From: Hormoscilla sp.
GTDB taxonomy: Bacteria; Cyanobacteriota; Cyanobacteriia; Cyanobacteriales; Desertifilaceae
Direction of reading: 5' to 3'
DNA: 64,000 bases
Assembly: GCA_051439505.1 (NCBI GenBank)
Contig: JBFRWI010000086.1
Span: 32,001-96,000, forward strand
The translations under genes and the position numbers were made by a program. Below are positions 48,244 through 58,471 of this stretch, in pieces. Within the stretch, counting starts at the first letter, position 1. Every line of letters begins with the position of its first letter. The notes beneath the pieces were generated by a model, which saw only the letters and a program-made list of their open reading frames with translations, did no database searches and was not told where the DNA came from.

Positions 48244-48939
48244 CTACATTGGTAATTTTTTGATGTCCTTATTTGCCCCTATTAACACCATTTTCGCTCC
48301 TTTCCGTAACTTTTGAACGCCTGTGGTATTTATTTCTAATTTTTTGTTCTCACTCAGGGCGATCAAATTGAGACCATAACGGTTTCTCAGTTCTATTTCG
48401 GCCAGGGTCTTACCCTCAAATTCCGCTGGCACCATTACTTCTACTATGCTATAATCTGGATCTAGTTCCAACCTTTCTAAAATGTTTGGTTGGGTGAGCG
48501 ATCGGGCCATTCCGCAACCCATTTCATGCTCGGGAAATACTACCAAATCTGCTCCTACTTTTTTCAGCAGTTTTTCGTGAATCTTTGATGAAGCTTTGGC
48601 GATCGCATAATTCACCCCTTTTTCTTTTAAGTTCAACACCGTGATGACACTTTCTTCAATATAATTTCCTATTGCTACGATCACCGTATCAAATTCAAAA
48701 ATTCCTGCCTGCTTCAGGGCCGATGGATCTGTTGAGTCTAATTCTAGTACGTGGGTCGCGATCTCGTCGTTGGCTGTTTGAGCCACCCGCTTTTCATCTT
48801 TGTCAACCCCCATTACCTCATATCCCATGCCATACAGCGTCGCACAGACTGCGCGACCAAACCTACCCAGACCAATGACTGCAAACTGCTTACTTTCTCG
48901 GCGCCGACTGCGGAAGAAACTCATAGATGATAAATGCAC
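48244..48939 (-). CDS. ktrA: Ktr/Trk K+ uptake NAD-binding (RCK) subunit
   Basis: VIGLGRFG, VVFPE, RCK_C domain. Confidence 0.9.
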   Translation of the reverse strand: MHLSSMSFFRSRRRESKQFAVIGLGRFGRAVCATLYGMGYEVMGVDKDEKRVAQTANDEIATHVLELDSTDPSALKQAGIFEFDTVIVAIGNYIEESVITVLNLKEKGVNYAIAKASSKIHEKLLKKVGADLVVFPEHEMGCGMARSLTQPNILERLELDPDYSIVEVMVPAEFEGKTLAEIELRNRYGLNLIALSENKKLEINTTGVQKLRKGAKMVLIGANKDIKKLPM

Positions 48940-48966
48940 TGTCTCACCTCTTTTCTATCTTCATAC

Positions 48967-50316
48967 TTACCCGATCAATAAATTTTCCTCTGGGTACCGG
49001 ACGATCTGTGGTTTACTGTTTCCCCGAAATACCGCCATCAGCAGCAACACTCCTACTCTCCCTATATACATTGTCCCGATCAATACCAGTTTAGCACCCA
49101 GGGGTACACTTGCTGTAATCCCTGTAGATATGCCCGTAGTCCCAAAGGCGGACACGACTTCAAAAAAGCTTTGGATAAAGTTAAACCCTTGCTCTCTTGC
49201 TGTCATGGTAAATAAAGTGGTGGCCAAAATTACCACTAACATGGATCCTACCACGACGCCAACGGCTTTCAGAATTAATGTTGTGGGAATCTGTCGTTTA
49301 TAGCATATCACTTCTTCCTCCCCTTTCAGTGCTGCTCTGGTACAGCTGACCAATATTCTGGATGTGGTGGTTTTTATCCCCCCACCGGTACTGCCCGGAC
49401 TCGCCCCGATCGACATTAGGGCTATGGTAATAAATAACGACGTGATCGTCATGCTGCCCATGTCGATCGTATTGAACCCTGCCGTCCGACTGGTGACTGA
49501 TTGAAACCACGCTGCCATCATTTTACCCCCTAAGTTTAGCTGCCCTAGGGTTTCGGGATTGTTAAATTCTGTTTGGAAAAATGCGATCGTCCCTAATACC
49601 AATAGAAATATCGTGGTACTGGTGACCATTTTGAAATGCAAGGAAAAACCACTGCTTCTACGGCGACTGCGGTCTCGACACCATTGATATAGTTCCATGA
49701 TTACTTGATATCCCAAACCGCCAAATATAATTAACAAGGTTATTACTATGTTCAAAATTGGCGCACTCACATATCCTACCAGACTATCACTAAATAGACT
49801 AAACCCGGCATTATTGAAGGCACTTATGCTATGAAATATTGATAGCCACAGTCCCTGGATAAATCCATAATCTGGTACGAATACTAGCAGCAAACCAAAT
49901 ACTCCAGTCATCTCAAAAATTAAGGTAACTGCAATAATTGATTTGACTAGCTGGCCGACTCCCGCTATTCCTTCTACATCCAGTGATTGTTGTAGGGCGA
50001 CTTTATCTCGCAAGCCTAATTTACGCCCTAGCAGTAGCAACATAAATGTGTTAGCTGTCATGTATCCTAAGCCGCCAAATTGAAATAAAATGCAAATCAA
50101 CAGATGCCCCCAAAATGAGTAATATTGGCTGACATCTACTATGGATAAACCCGTGACACATACAGCGGATGTCGCGGTAAATAATGCTTTGATTACGTAA
50201 TCTAAGGGGCCCGATATCGCCGCATCAGAGTTAATGGCAAATGGCAGCATTAACAGACCGGTGCCCAACGCGATCGCCCCTAGAAAACTCAAGCAAATTG
50301 TTCTCGAAACAGTCAT
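48967..50316 (-). CDS. ktrB: Ktr/Trk K+ uptake membrane subunit
   Basis: SAVCVTGL, FNNAGF, RTAGF, STGGGIK, SAFGTTG. Confidence 0.92.
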   Translation of the reverse strand: MTVSRTICLSFLGAIALGTGLLMLPFAINSDAAISGPLDYVIKALFTATSAVCVTGLSIVDVSQYYSFWGHLLICILFQFGGLGYMTANTFMLLLLGRKLGLRDKVALQQSLDVEGIAGVGQLVKSIIAVTLIFEMTGVFGLLLVFVPDYGFIQGLWLSIFHSISAFNNAGFSLFSDSLVGYVSAPILNIVITLLIIFGGLGYQVIMELYQWCRDRSRRRSSGFSLHFKMVTSTTIFLLVLGTIAFFQTEFNNPETLGQLNLGGKMMAAWFQSVTSRTAGFNTIDMGSMTITSLFITIALMSIGASPGSTGGGIKTTTSRILVSCTRAALKGEEEVICYKRQIPTTLILKAVGVVVGSMLVVILATTLFTMTAREQGFNFIQSFFEVVSAFGTTGISTGITASVPLGAKLVLIGTMYIGRVGVLLLMAVFRGNSKPQIVRYPEENLLIG

Positions 50317-50612
50317 TTGTTAATTGCTAATGGCTAATTGCTAATTGTTAATTGCTAATTGTTAATTGCTAATTGCTAATTGTTAATTGCTAATTGCTAA
50401 TTGTTAGTTGTGGGTTGACCACTGACCACTAACTACTAACTACTAACTACTAACTACTAACTACTAACTACTGACGGGTGCGGTCTTGCACCAGTTGGTA
50501 ATACCACACCCGCTTCTGACAGTGGGTGCGGCCCACCCTACTGATGCAACGACTGCCGGAGCCACACCCACTACTGACTACCGACCACTGACTACTACCC
50601 ACTGACTACTGA
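50317..50612. repeat. Compound heptamer STRR tract plus REP-like GTGGGTGCGGCCCACCCTAC
   Basis: About 12 (TTGYTAA) units, then (ACTAACT)n and (ACTGACY)n; REP also at 48228-48247. Confidence 0.88.
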
Positions 50613-50662
50613 CAAGATCGCGATTTATTGTACCATAAACTCTTGAGATAAAACAATCAACC

Positions 50663-51520
50663 ATGAATCAGACAATTTCTGAAGAAATTAAGGAATTTTA
50701 CGATGCTTCCTCGGGTCTGTGGGAGCGGGTTTGGGGAGAACACATGCACCACGGCTACTATGGCGAAAGCGGTCGGGAAAGGAAGGACCGGCGTCAGGCC
50801 CAAATCGAGCTGATGGCAGAACTGCTGCGCTGGGCAGGGGTCCGGCAGGCCGATCGGATCCTGGATGTGGGCTGTGGGATAGGTGGTAGTTCTCTTTATC
50901 TTACAGAAAAGTTTAATGCACAAGTGACTGGCATCACTCTCTCTCCGGTACAGGCCAGCAGGGCCACTCAAAGAGCTGGGGCCGCAGCGCAGTCCGATCG
51001 GACCCAATTTATGGTAGCAGATGCCCTGAATATGCCTTTCGCTGCTAACTCCTTTGATTTGGTTTGGTCCCTCGAAAGCGGCGAACATATGCCCGATAAG
51101 GAAAAATTCCTGGCGGAATGCTACCGGGTGCTGCAACCGGGGGGAACGCTGCTACTGGCCACTTGGTGCCATCGCCCTACCAAAAAACCGGGTTGGCCCC
51201 TGACGGCAGATGAGCAAAAGCATCTAGAAGAGATTTATCGCGTCTATTGTTTACCTTACGTTATTGGGTTGCCAGAATATCAGGCGATCGCCCATTCAGT
51301 AGGTTTTGAGGGCATTCGCATCCGTGATTGGTCATCGGCGGTAGCCCCCTTTTGGGATGAAGTGATTTTTTCGGCCATGAATCCCGATGCTATACTGGAC
51401 TTACTCGGCTGTGGTTGGCAGACTATTGTTGCTGCCCTCTCCCTGCCCTTGATGGTCTCGGGCTATCGACGTGGCTTGATCCGCTACGGGTTGCTCTCCG
51501 CTAGGAAATCAGGTTCGTGA
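50663..51520 (+). CDS. vte4: Gamma-tocopherol methyltransferase
   Basis: FYDASSGLWE.VWGEHMHHGYY, LDVGCGIGGS, SLESGEHMPDK, ATWCHR. Confidence 0.85.
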   Translation: MNQTISEEIKEFYDASSGLWERVWGEHMHHGYYGESGRERKDRRQAQIELMAELLRWAGVRQADRILDVGCGIGGSSLYLTEKFNAQVTGITLSPVQASRATQRAGAAAQSDRTQFMVADALNMPFAANSFDLVWSLESGEHMPDKEKFLAECYRVLQPGGTLLLATWCHRPTKKPGWPLTADEQKHLEEIYRVYCLPYVIGLPEYQAIAHSVGFEGIRIRDWSSAVAPFWDEVIFSAMNPDAILDLLGCGWQTIVAALSLPLMVSGYRRGLIRYGLLSARKSGS

Positions 51521-51605
51521 AGTGAGGATATATCTGGGGGGCAAACATCCCCCCTCTGGCTAAATCTAACAGTTATCATCAATTAAGTCAGGTAAATTAA
51601 CAATT

Positions 51606-52760
51606 GTGAAACGGATTTATCTCAGAAAAAGGCTTCATAGGGTTGTGCTGCTTTCAGTTCTGCTGATCTCTATGTTTTCGGTGGTCCTGTGGCAGCCCGA
51701 TCGTCTTCTAGAGTCTAACTCCGATAGACAGGAAACAACAGTAGAATCACCTGTAGCTAGTGCGGCTATTGATGAACCAATTCAGCCAATTCCCCTGCAG
51801 CTGGATCTGGATGAAAATAAGGTAAAATTGGGCGAAAAACTATTTCACGATCCGAAATTATCGGGAAATAATACGATTTCTTGTGCTAGCTGCCATAATT
51901 TGCAGACTGGCGGTACGGACCGCTTGCCCAAAACCCTGGGAATTAATGGTGCAGTTGGCGATCGCAATTCGCCGACGGTGTTTAATAGTGGATTTAATTT
52001 CAAGCAGTTTTGGGACGGGCGATCGGAAAGTTTGGCAGCTCAGGTTGACGGACCGCTCAATAATCCGATCGAAATGGGGTCTTCTTGGCCAGAAGCGATC
52101 GGGAAACTCCAGCGCGAGTCTGATTATGTTTATATGTTTGACAAGCTGTACCCCGATGGGATAAAAAGGGAGAATATAAGAGATGCGCTCGCGACTTTTG
52201 TGCAGTCTCTATATACTCCTAACTCCCGCTTTGACAAGTTCCTGCGGGGGGATACCTCAGCAATAACTGAGTCGGAAAAGGAGGGATATCGCCGGTTCAA
52301 AGCCTCTGGATGCGTCAGCTGTCATCAAGGTGTGAATGTGGGGGGGAATATGTTCCAGACCATGGGAATTATGGCAGATTACTTTGGCGATCGGGGCGAG
52401 GATCGAATAGCAGAAGATGCCGGGCGCTTTAACGTGACTGGCGATGAAGGCGATCGGCAGCTATTTAAGGTTCCCAGTCTGCGCAACATTGCTCTGACTG
52501 CTCCTTATTTTCACGATGGCTCTGCCCCTACCCTAGAAGGGGCAGTTGCTATCATGGCAAAATATCAATTAGGACGGCAGATGTCGTCACGAGATATCGA
52601 AGTCATTGTCAAGTTCCTCCATACCCTCACGGGCGAATATAAAGGGCAACCGCTAGGCAATTCAAAATTCGAAATTCAAAATTCAAAATTGGGACAGTCT
52701 TTGGGCGCAAGGAGCGCGCGCAGATCGGCCTATGCAATTTCAATACACGACAGCTTATGA
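51606..52760 (+). CDS. Di-haem cytochrome c peroxidase (CcP/MauG family), membrane-anchored
   Basis: N-terminal TM helix; CASCH and CVSCH haem motifs; [28 protein letters not shown]. Confidence 0.92.
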   Translation: MKRIYLRKRLHRVVLLSVLLISMFSVVLWQPDRLLESNSDRQETTVESPVASAAIDEPIQPIPLQLDLDENKVKLGEKLFHDPKLSGNNTISCASCHNLQTGGTDRLPKTLGINGAVGDRNSPTVFNSGFNFKQFWDGRSESLAAQVDGPLNNPIEMGSSWPEAIGKLQRESDYVYMFDKLYPDGIKRENIRDALATFVQSLYTPNSRFDKFLRGDTSAITESEKEGYRRFKASGCVSCHQGVNVGGNMFQTMGIMADYFGDRGEDRIAEDAGRFNVTGDEGDRQLFKVPSLRNIALTAPYFHDGSAPTLEGAVAIMAKYQLGRQMSSRDIEVIVKFLHTLTGEYKGQPLGNSKFEIQNSKLGQSLGARSARRSAYAISIHDSL

Positions 52761-55702
52761 AACTAGAAAAACTGCTAAATATATCGATCGGAATCAGTGG
52801 TTCTCTGCTATTGGTCTTTCTGGTGGGAAAGACCCAGTCGATCGAATTTACCGAACACGAGGAATATCATGCAAATTTGGTTAAGCTGAAGGAAAATCAT
52901 GCCATACTCAATCATGATTTGCTGAAAGCTCGTTACGAGATAGCAACATCATATGATGGTTTTGTCAAGGAATTATCGGAATTAAAACAGACTCAGTCGG
53001 AGATGAAAACAATTCCGACATTCATAGGTGCAGATGGTGTAATTGAAATTAAGCAGCTTCTGACAAAAAATGCAGCAGTTATCAAGGAAAAAGATAGTTT
53101 GATTGAACGCTTCAAATCTCAAAATGCGATTCTGAAAACTTCCCTACGTTACTTGCCAGAGTTGACTAGAGAATTGGGGGATAATTCCCAACGTCGGGAC
53201 TGGTATCTGGAAAATACTCTCAATGATTTGCTGTACAATATCCTGCTTTACAATCTGACTTCGGATGAGAAAATGGCCCCGGAGATCGAGAGCCAAATAG
53301 AACAATTGTCCCAGATCAAAGACCAGTATGCTGTCCGGGATAGGTCTCTAATAGAACTGGCGATCGCCCATACTAGAACGATTTTGCTGTACAAACCCCA
53401 GGTAGATGTCTTAACTAAACAGCTGCTAGAATTGCCCACAGTGCAGTTGAGTGACGAACTCTATGAAGCCTACGAGCGCGGATATGAAAAAGCTCTGAAA
53501 ACTGTCAATCTTTACCGTTTATATGCCTACATTTTCTCTTTGATATTCCTGGGTTGGATTTCTTATATAATTATATATAACTTAGCGAAAGCACGTGCAA
53601 CTGCCCTAGAAGCGGTGCAGGCAAAGTCCCAATTTCTGGCTAATATGAGCCACGAAATTCGCACCCCGATGAATGGGGTCTTGGGGATGGCGGATTTGCT
53701 GGCGAAAACTGCTTTGAATGCCGAACAACGATCGTTTGTGGAGACGATCCAAGTTAGCGGCCAGGGTCTGCTGACGCTGATTAACGATATCCTGGACTTG
53801 TCTAAGCTGGAAGCTGGGAAAATGCTGTTGGAGACTGTGGAGTTTGATTTGACCAAAGCTGTAGACAATGTCGTAGAATTATTGGCAGATAAAGCCCAGG
53901 GAAAGGGAATAGAATTAATTGCCTGGATCGATCGGGATGTGCCGAGAAAATTACAGGGCGATCCCACTCGCCTGCGTCAGATTCTGATTAATCTCGCGGG
54001 CAATGCGATTAAATTTACTGCCTCTGGAGAAGTGGTGGTGCGGATATCTGTTAACTCCCAACTACCTGATAATAATCGGATCGACATGCGGTTTGCAGTC
54101 AAGGATACGGGGATTGGTATTGCCCCAGAAGACCAGAAAAAATTGTTCCAATCTTTCTCCCAAGTGGATGCTTCCACTACTCGCGAATACGGAGGGACGG
54201 GTTTGGGTCTGGCAATTTGCAAGCAGTTGGTAGAAATGATGGGCGGTGCTATTGGGGTGGATAGCGAAGTGGGACAGGGTTCGACTTTTTGCTTTACCGC
54301 TATCTTGGGTAACTTGTCAACCCCTGGGACTAAATATGTTAGGGAAGAATTAAAAGAACAAAGGTTGTTGGTGGCGGACAGTCATGCTACCTATGGGGAA
54401 TTTGTCAATTACCATGCCTCGGGGTGGGGGATGGAGGTCGAGCGGGCGACGGCGGCCTCCGCAGCAACGGAGAAACTCCTGGCATCTGTGGCTGAAAAGA
54501 GATCCTATAATGTCGTCCTGCTGGATATAGAGATGCCAGAAATAGATGAAACAATAGAACAATTAATTGACGGGGATGCAGATCTGAGTCAGACTAAGTT
54601 AATCGCCTGCGCTACCCGCGTTCGGCAAGAGGAAGCTAAGCGGTTTTTGACTTTGGGTTTTGTCGGCTATTTAATTAAACCGATTACAGAATCGAAATTA
54701 CTTGAGAGTTTAATAGCAGCAGTTACAGGTCAGTCTCCAGAGTCGGACGGTCTTTCCGACTTGGTCTATAACTCAGAGTCACGGGCGTTGTCAGTCAGTT
54801 TTGACGGAGAGGTTCTGCCCTCAAAAGACCTCGAACTTGAGGTAAAGACAGAGTCACCGAAAATTCTGTTGGTAGAAGATACAGAAATTAATCGGAAAGT
54901 GGTGCTAAATCAACTGAAAATGTTGGGATACAGGGCAGATGTTGCTGGTAACGGTCAGGAGGCCCTCGATATTTTAGCCGCCAAGCACTACGATATCGTC
55001 TTCATGGATTGCCAAATGCCGGTGCTAGATGGCTACAGTGCTACCCAACAGCTACGGCAACGAGAGGGTTCCGACCGGCATACGATCGCGATCGCTATGA
55101 CGGCACATGCGATGTCGGGCGATCGGGAGAAATGTCTGGCCGCAGGTATGGACGATTATCTGAGTAAACCGGTGGATATGACGGCATTGGCAGCTATGTT
55201 GGAAAAATGGTCTGGCCCCAGTCAGTCGTCACCCTTGTCAGTCAATTCCAACGGGTCAAGATCTGTTTTACCACCAGGGTCGGAACCCACAGATAGTCAA
55301 GAGTCAACGGTGTCCTTGGAGATCCCTAAAAGCACTACCCCAGGCGATACGACCGATAATCTTTTGTTCGATCGGGACCGTCTGCATCAAATCTCCCATG
55401 GGAATGAGGAATTCCAACTGGAACTTTTGCAAATATTTGTGCAGGATACTCAAGCTTACCTGGAAGAACTCAAACAAGGATTATCAGCAAATGATGTTGC
55501 CAAGGTTGGCCGTCAAGCTCATACCATTAAAGGTGCGAGTGGGAATGTGGGAGCAACATCAATGCAAGAGGTTGCTGCCGAACTGGAACGTCAGGCCCGA
55601 ATGGAAGCAAGTCTGGAAGATGCGCCGGAATTGGTGGCTGACTTAGAAGATATCCTCGATGCTGTTCGTGCTTTCGTTAAACCGATGGCAGAAGTTAAAT
55701 AA
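52757..55702 (+). CDS. Hybrid histidine kinase: DAHL-like helical sensor, HisKA, HATPase, REC, REC, Hpt
   Basis: TM, helical periplasmic domain ([19 protein letters not shown]), [34 protein letters not shown] overlap with ccp. Confidence 0.9.
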   Translation: MKLEKLLNISIGISGSLLLVFLVGKTQSIEFTEHEEYHANLVKLKENHAILNHDLLKARYEIATSYDGFVKELSELKQTQSEMKTIPTFIGADGVIEIKQLLTKNAAVIKEKDSLIERFKSQNAILKTSLRYLPELTRELGDNSQRRDWYLENTLNDLLYNILLYNLTSDEKMAPEIESQIEQLSQIKDQYAVRDRSLIELAIAHTRTILLYKPQVDVLTKQLLELPTVQLSDELYEAYERGYEKALKTVNLYRLYAYIFSLIFLGWISYIIIYNLAKARATALEAVQAKSQFLANMSHEIRTPMNGVLGMADLLAKTALNAEQRSFVETIQVSGQGLLTLINDILDLSKLEAGKMLLETVEFDLTKAVDNVVELLADKAQGKGIELIAWIDRDVPRKLQGDPTRLRQILINLAGNAIKFTASGEVVVRISVNSQLPDNNRIDMRFAVKDTGIGIAPEDQKKLFQSFSQVDASTTREYGGTGLGLAICKQLVEMMGGAIGVDSEVGQGSTFCFTAILGNLSTPGTKYVREELKEQRLLVADSHATYGEFVNYHASGWGMEVERATAASAATEKLLASVAEKRSYNVVLLDIEMPEIDETIEQLIDGDADLSQTKLIACATRVRQEEAKRFLTLGFVGYLIKPITESKLLESLIAAVTGQSPESDGLSDLVYNSESRALSVSFDGEVLPSKDLELEVKTESPKILLVEDTEINRKVVLNQLKMLGYRADVAGNGQEALDILAAKHYDIVFMDCQMPVLDGYSATQQLRQREGSDRHTIAIAMTAHAMSGDREKCLAAGMDDYLSKPVDMTALAAMLEKWSGPSQSSPLSVNSNGSRSVLPPGSEPTDSQESTVSLEIPKSTTPGDTTDNLLFDRDRLHQISHGNEEFQLELLQIFVQDTQAYLEELKQGLSANDVAKVGRQAHTIKGASGNVGATSMQEVAAELERQARMEASLEDAPELVADLEDILDAVRAFVKPMAEVK

Positions 55703-55752
55703 GTAGGGTGGGCATTGCCCACCGCATCGCCCAGCTGTTCCCATTTTCAGCC

Positions 55753-55878
55753 GGGTGTGGTCAAAAGTAGTTGATAGCTGGGTGCATCGCCCGATAGTAA
55801 TATAGCCCGCGCAGGCGGGCTTTGTTCATGTAGCCGGGCCCTTTAGGGTTGGGCGACCAACGGGTTTTGACCACACCC
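55753..55878. mobile_element. 126-bp MITE
   Basis: Perfect 14-bp TIR GGGTGTGGTCAAAA/TTTTGACCACACCC; 9-bp TSD TTTTCAGCC at 55744 and 55879. Confidence 0.9.
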
Positions 55879-55886
55879 TTTTCAGC

Positions 55887-56513
55887 CTATGTTAGCTGAC
55901 CGAGATGCTTGAGTATTTTCAGGACATTATACAGATCGTTCTCCCGTTTTTTAAGCATATCAAAGGGGTCAGATGTGGCATACTGAGAAGGGTTGCCTTG
56001 GACTAATTTGAGGAAGAGGAAACTGCCGCCATTGGTAATCATGCCAAAACTAGGTTTTTCTGGCTGAGGGTTAGCTAACATATAAGAGAGAATTTGTGCT
56101 CTACCTGCTTCCAAAGAGTAAAATGCCTGTTTGGACTCGATCACCGTTACCCACAACTGATCCTTGAGGACTAAGACATCCATCTTCCCCTCGACGATCC
56201 TACCATCATCCTCTCCCTCTAATGTCACCGTATTTTCATACTTGATGTGAAAGGGAGAGAGAAAAAAGTCAGCGAAAAATAGCAAGGGAGCAATTACTGC
56301 CATTCGGATGGGGTGTTCCAGCAAGGGAGGGTGTCTGAGTAGGTTAAAGTAACCTGCTTTCACCTTGTCTAACATTTGCTTCTCCGCGTCCGGGATCTCG
56401 GGTAAGTTGGTTTGCCATTCTGGGAAAAAATGCTCGTCATCAACTTCCACAAGGTTAAATCTTGCTTCTAATTCATCGATGGGAATAACTGAGGCCGATA
56501 TTTTGTTGACCAT
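55887..56513 (-). CDS. Stand-alone restriction-endonuclease-like (HsdR N-terminal-like, PD-(D/E)XK) protein
   Basis: EGKMDVLVL...VIESK, QILSYM, GMITNG. Confidence 0.78.
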   Translation of the reverse strand: MVNKISASVIPIDELEARFNLVEVDDEHFFPEWQTNLPEIPDAEKQMLDKVKAGYFNLLRHPPLLEHPIRMAVIAPLLFFADFFLSPFHIKYENTVTLEGEDDGRIVEGKMDVLVLKDQLWVTVIESKQAFYSLEAGRAQILSYMLANPQPEKPSFGMITNGGSFLFLKLVQGNPSQYATSDPFDMLKKRENDLYNVLKILKHLGQLT

Positions 56514-56680
56514 GAGAGTAAACAAGTACAGGTTTGAGCGTCATTAGCTTGACGATTGCTTTCAGTTTAGCATATAATCCAAGTGAATAGCAAGTGAAAA
56601 AAAAGACGATCGAGAAGATCCCCCATTAACTCATCAATATATCCATCCCATTAACTCATCTAACAACCGACAAAGATAAT

Positions 56681-57308
56681 ATGGCATATAGTGAATTTAC
56701 GACGATCGCCAAAGCGAGAGAAACTTTTAACCTTATGGTTGAAGAAAAGATTCACCTGTTTACTGAGATCGAACCGATCGCACCCAGCGACTACCTAAAA
56801 ATTACTCTGGATGAGAATTTACCTCTCGCTAACGCTATTAACACAGAAAAAGCCCGATCGGAGTTAATTATCACTCCGGTTTTACTAGAAGTGAGACGAA
56901 TATTAAACTTCCAAATAGGGTTTTTTTCGGGGACTGACTGTCGAGTCCCAAGTGGGACTGAATGGATGCTGCGATTATATCCTGACGGCATCCAGGAAAA
57001 TGTATGAAATCAGAACTCCTGTTGTGACCTTAGTGGAAGCAAAGAATGAAAATATTAAAGGGGGACTGGGACAGTGTATTGCAGAAATGGTAGCTGCTCA
57101 AAGATTTAATCTTCGACATGATGAGGAAGTGCCAGCTATATATGGCGCAGTCACGACGGGGACTATTTGGAAGTTTCTCAAATTGAGCGCCCAAATGATT
57201 GATATGGATCTGAGCGATTATTATATTAAAGAGGTGGACGATATTTTGGGTATTTTAGCAACCCCTTTGCGGGAGGCGATCGCTTTATTAAGTTGCCCTC
57301 AAGAATGA
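56681..57308 (+). pseudogene. Frameshifted PD-(D/E)XK-like conserved protein
   Basis: MAYSEF...EKARSELII...FFSG in one frame; GLNG.CDY...VEAKNE...GQCIAEM...TTGTIWKF in another; shift near 56935. Confidence 0.8.
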
Positions 57309-57420
57309 TATGATGATAGTCGAGCAAAAGCAAACCTGTTGGCGAAAAAAACAGATTTTCTTAATGAATAGGGGAGCTGCGATCGGATACAATTGATCCT
57401 GAACCATATTGAGGGGCATT

Positions 57421-58377
57421 ATGAGTCAAAGTTACGATATTCAGTCTCCCGGAGAACAGCCAGGTAATACTAGACAATGGTTTTACTCCTTGTGGAAGTT
57501 CTCTCGTCCTCACACTATTATTGGCACGACCTTGAGTGTGGTGGCCCTTTACGCGATCGCGGTAGCCCAGTCGCCCTCTGTACCCTTTGGTTCCGGTGGG
57601 ATACAGCTATTGGGGACTCTGGTTGCCTGTTGGTGCGGCAATGTCTATATTGTGGGGCTAAACCAGTTGTACGATGTGGAGATCGATAAAATCAATAAGC
57701 CTCATTTGCCGGTGGCGGCGGAGGAGTTTTCCCGTCGGACGGGCCAGTCGATCGTCGCTATTACCGGTATAGGGGCCCTGCTGCTGGCGGCCCTGACCGG
57801 TCCTTGGCTGTTGGGGACGGTGGGCATTAGTTTGGCGATCGGGACTGCCTATTCTCTCCCGCCAGTGCGACTGAAGCGGTTTCCCTTTTGGGCCGGGTTC
57901 TGCATCTATACGGTCCGGGGTTTGGTGGTTAATTTAGGTTTGTTCTGGCACTTTAGCTGGACTCTGTCAGATAAAATTATTGTGGTGCCACCGGCGGTTT
58001 GGGCCCTGACCCTGTTTATTCTGGGGTATACCTTCGCGATCGCCATTTTTAAGGATATCCCCGATATGGAGGGCGATCGGATCTATAATATTTCTACCTT
58101 TACCCTGCGGCTTGGTGCTAAAGTGGTATTCTATCTGGGACTAGGAGTGATTACCGCGTGCTATCTGAGCCTAATTGTGGTAGGCTTGTTAGGGATCGAA
58201 GGAGTTAATCCCATCGGATTGATAGTTGCTCATATTTTAGCCTTGGGCTTGCTATGGTGGCGCAGTTTTGATGTAGACTTAGAAGAACGTCCTGCGATCG
58301 CCAGCTTCTATCAGTTCATCTGGAAGTTGTTTTTCCTGGAATACCTGATCTTTCCAGCAGCTTGTCTGTTCAAATAA
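57421..58377 (+). CDS. hpt: Homogentisate phytyltransferase
   Basis: KFSRPHTIIGT, NQLYDVEIDKINKP, FKDIPDMEGD, YQFIWKLF. Confidence 0.93.
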   Translation: MSQSYDIQSPGEQPGNTRQWFYSLWKFSRPHTIIGTTLSVVALYAIAVAQSPSVPFGSGGIQLLGTLVACWCGNVYIVGLNQLYDVEIDKINKPHLPVAAEEFSRRTGQSIVAITGIGALLLAALTGPWLLGTVGISLAIGTAYSLPPVRLKRFPFWAGFCIYTVRGLVVNLGLFWHFSWTLSDKIIVVPPAVWALTLFILGYTFAIAIFKDIPDMEGDRIYNISTFTLRLGAKVVFYLGLGVITACYLSLIVVGLLGIEGVNPIGLIVAHILALGLLWWRSFDVDLEERPAIASFYQFIWKLFFLEYLIFPAACLFK

Positions 58378-58471
58378 AATATCGGTGGAAATCCGATTTT
58401 TCCGGAACGGTAAGGAAACGGTTGTAGTGAAGGTATGATGAGCGCCCCTTGTCTTATGGGTATGAAGTAAA

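Noticed and set aside
56925..56960. Programmed frameshift
   Set aside because: The junction GGGACTGACTGTC looks like a small deletion; no stimulatory structure is evident
55887..57308. Type I R-M locus
   Set aside because: Only short stand-alone nuclease-like domains; no HsdM, HsdS or helicase
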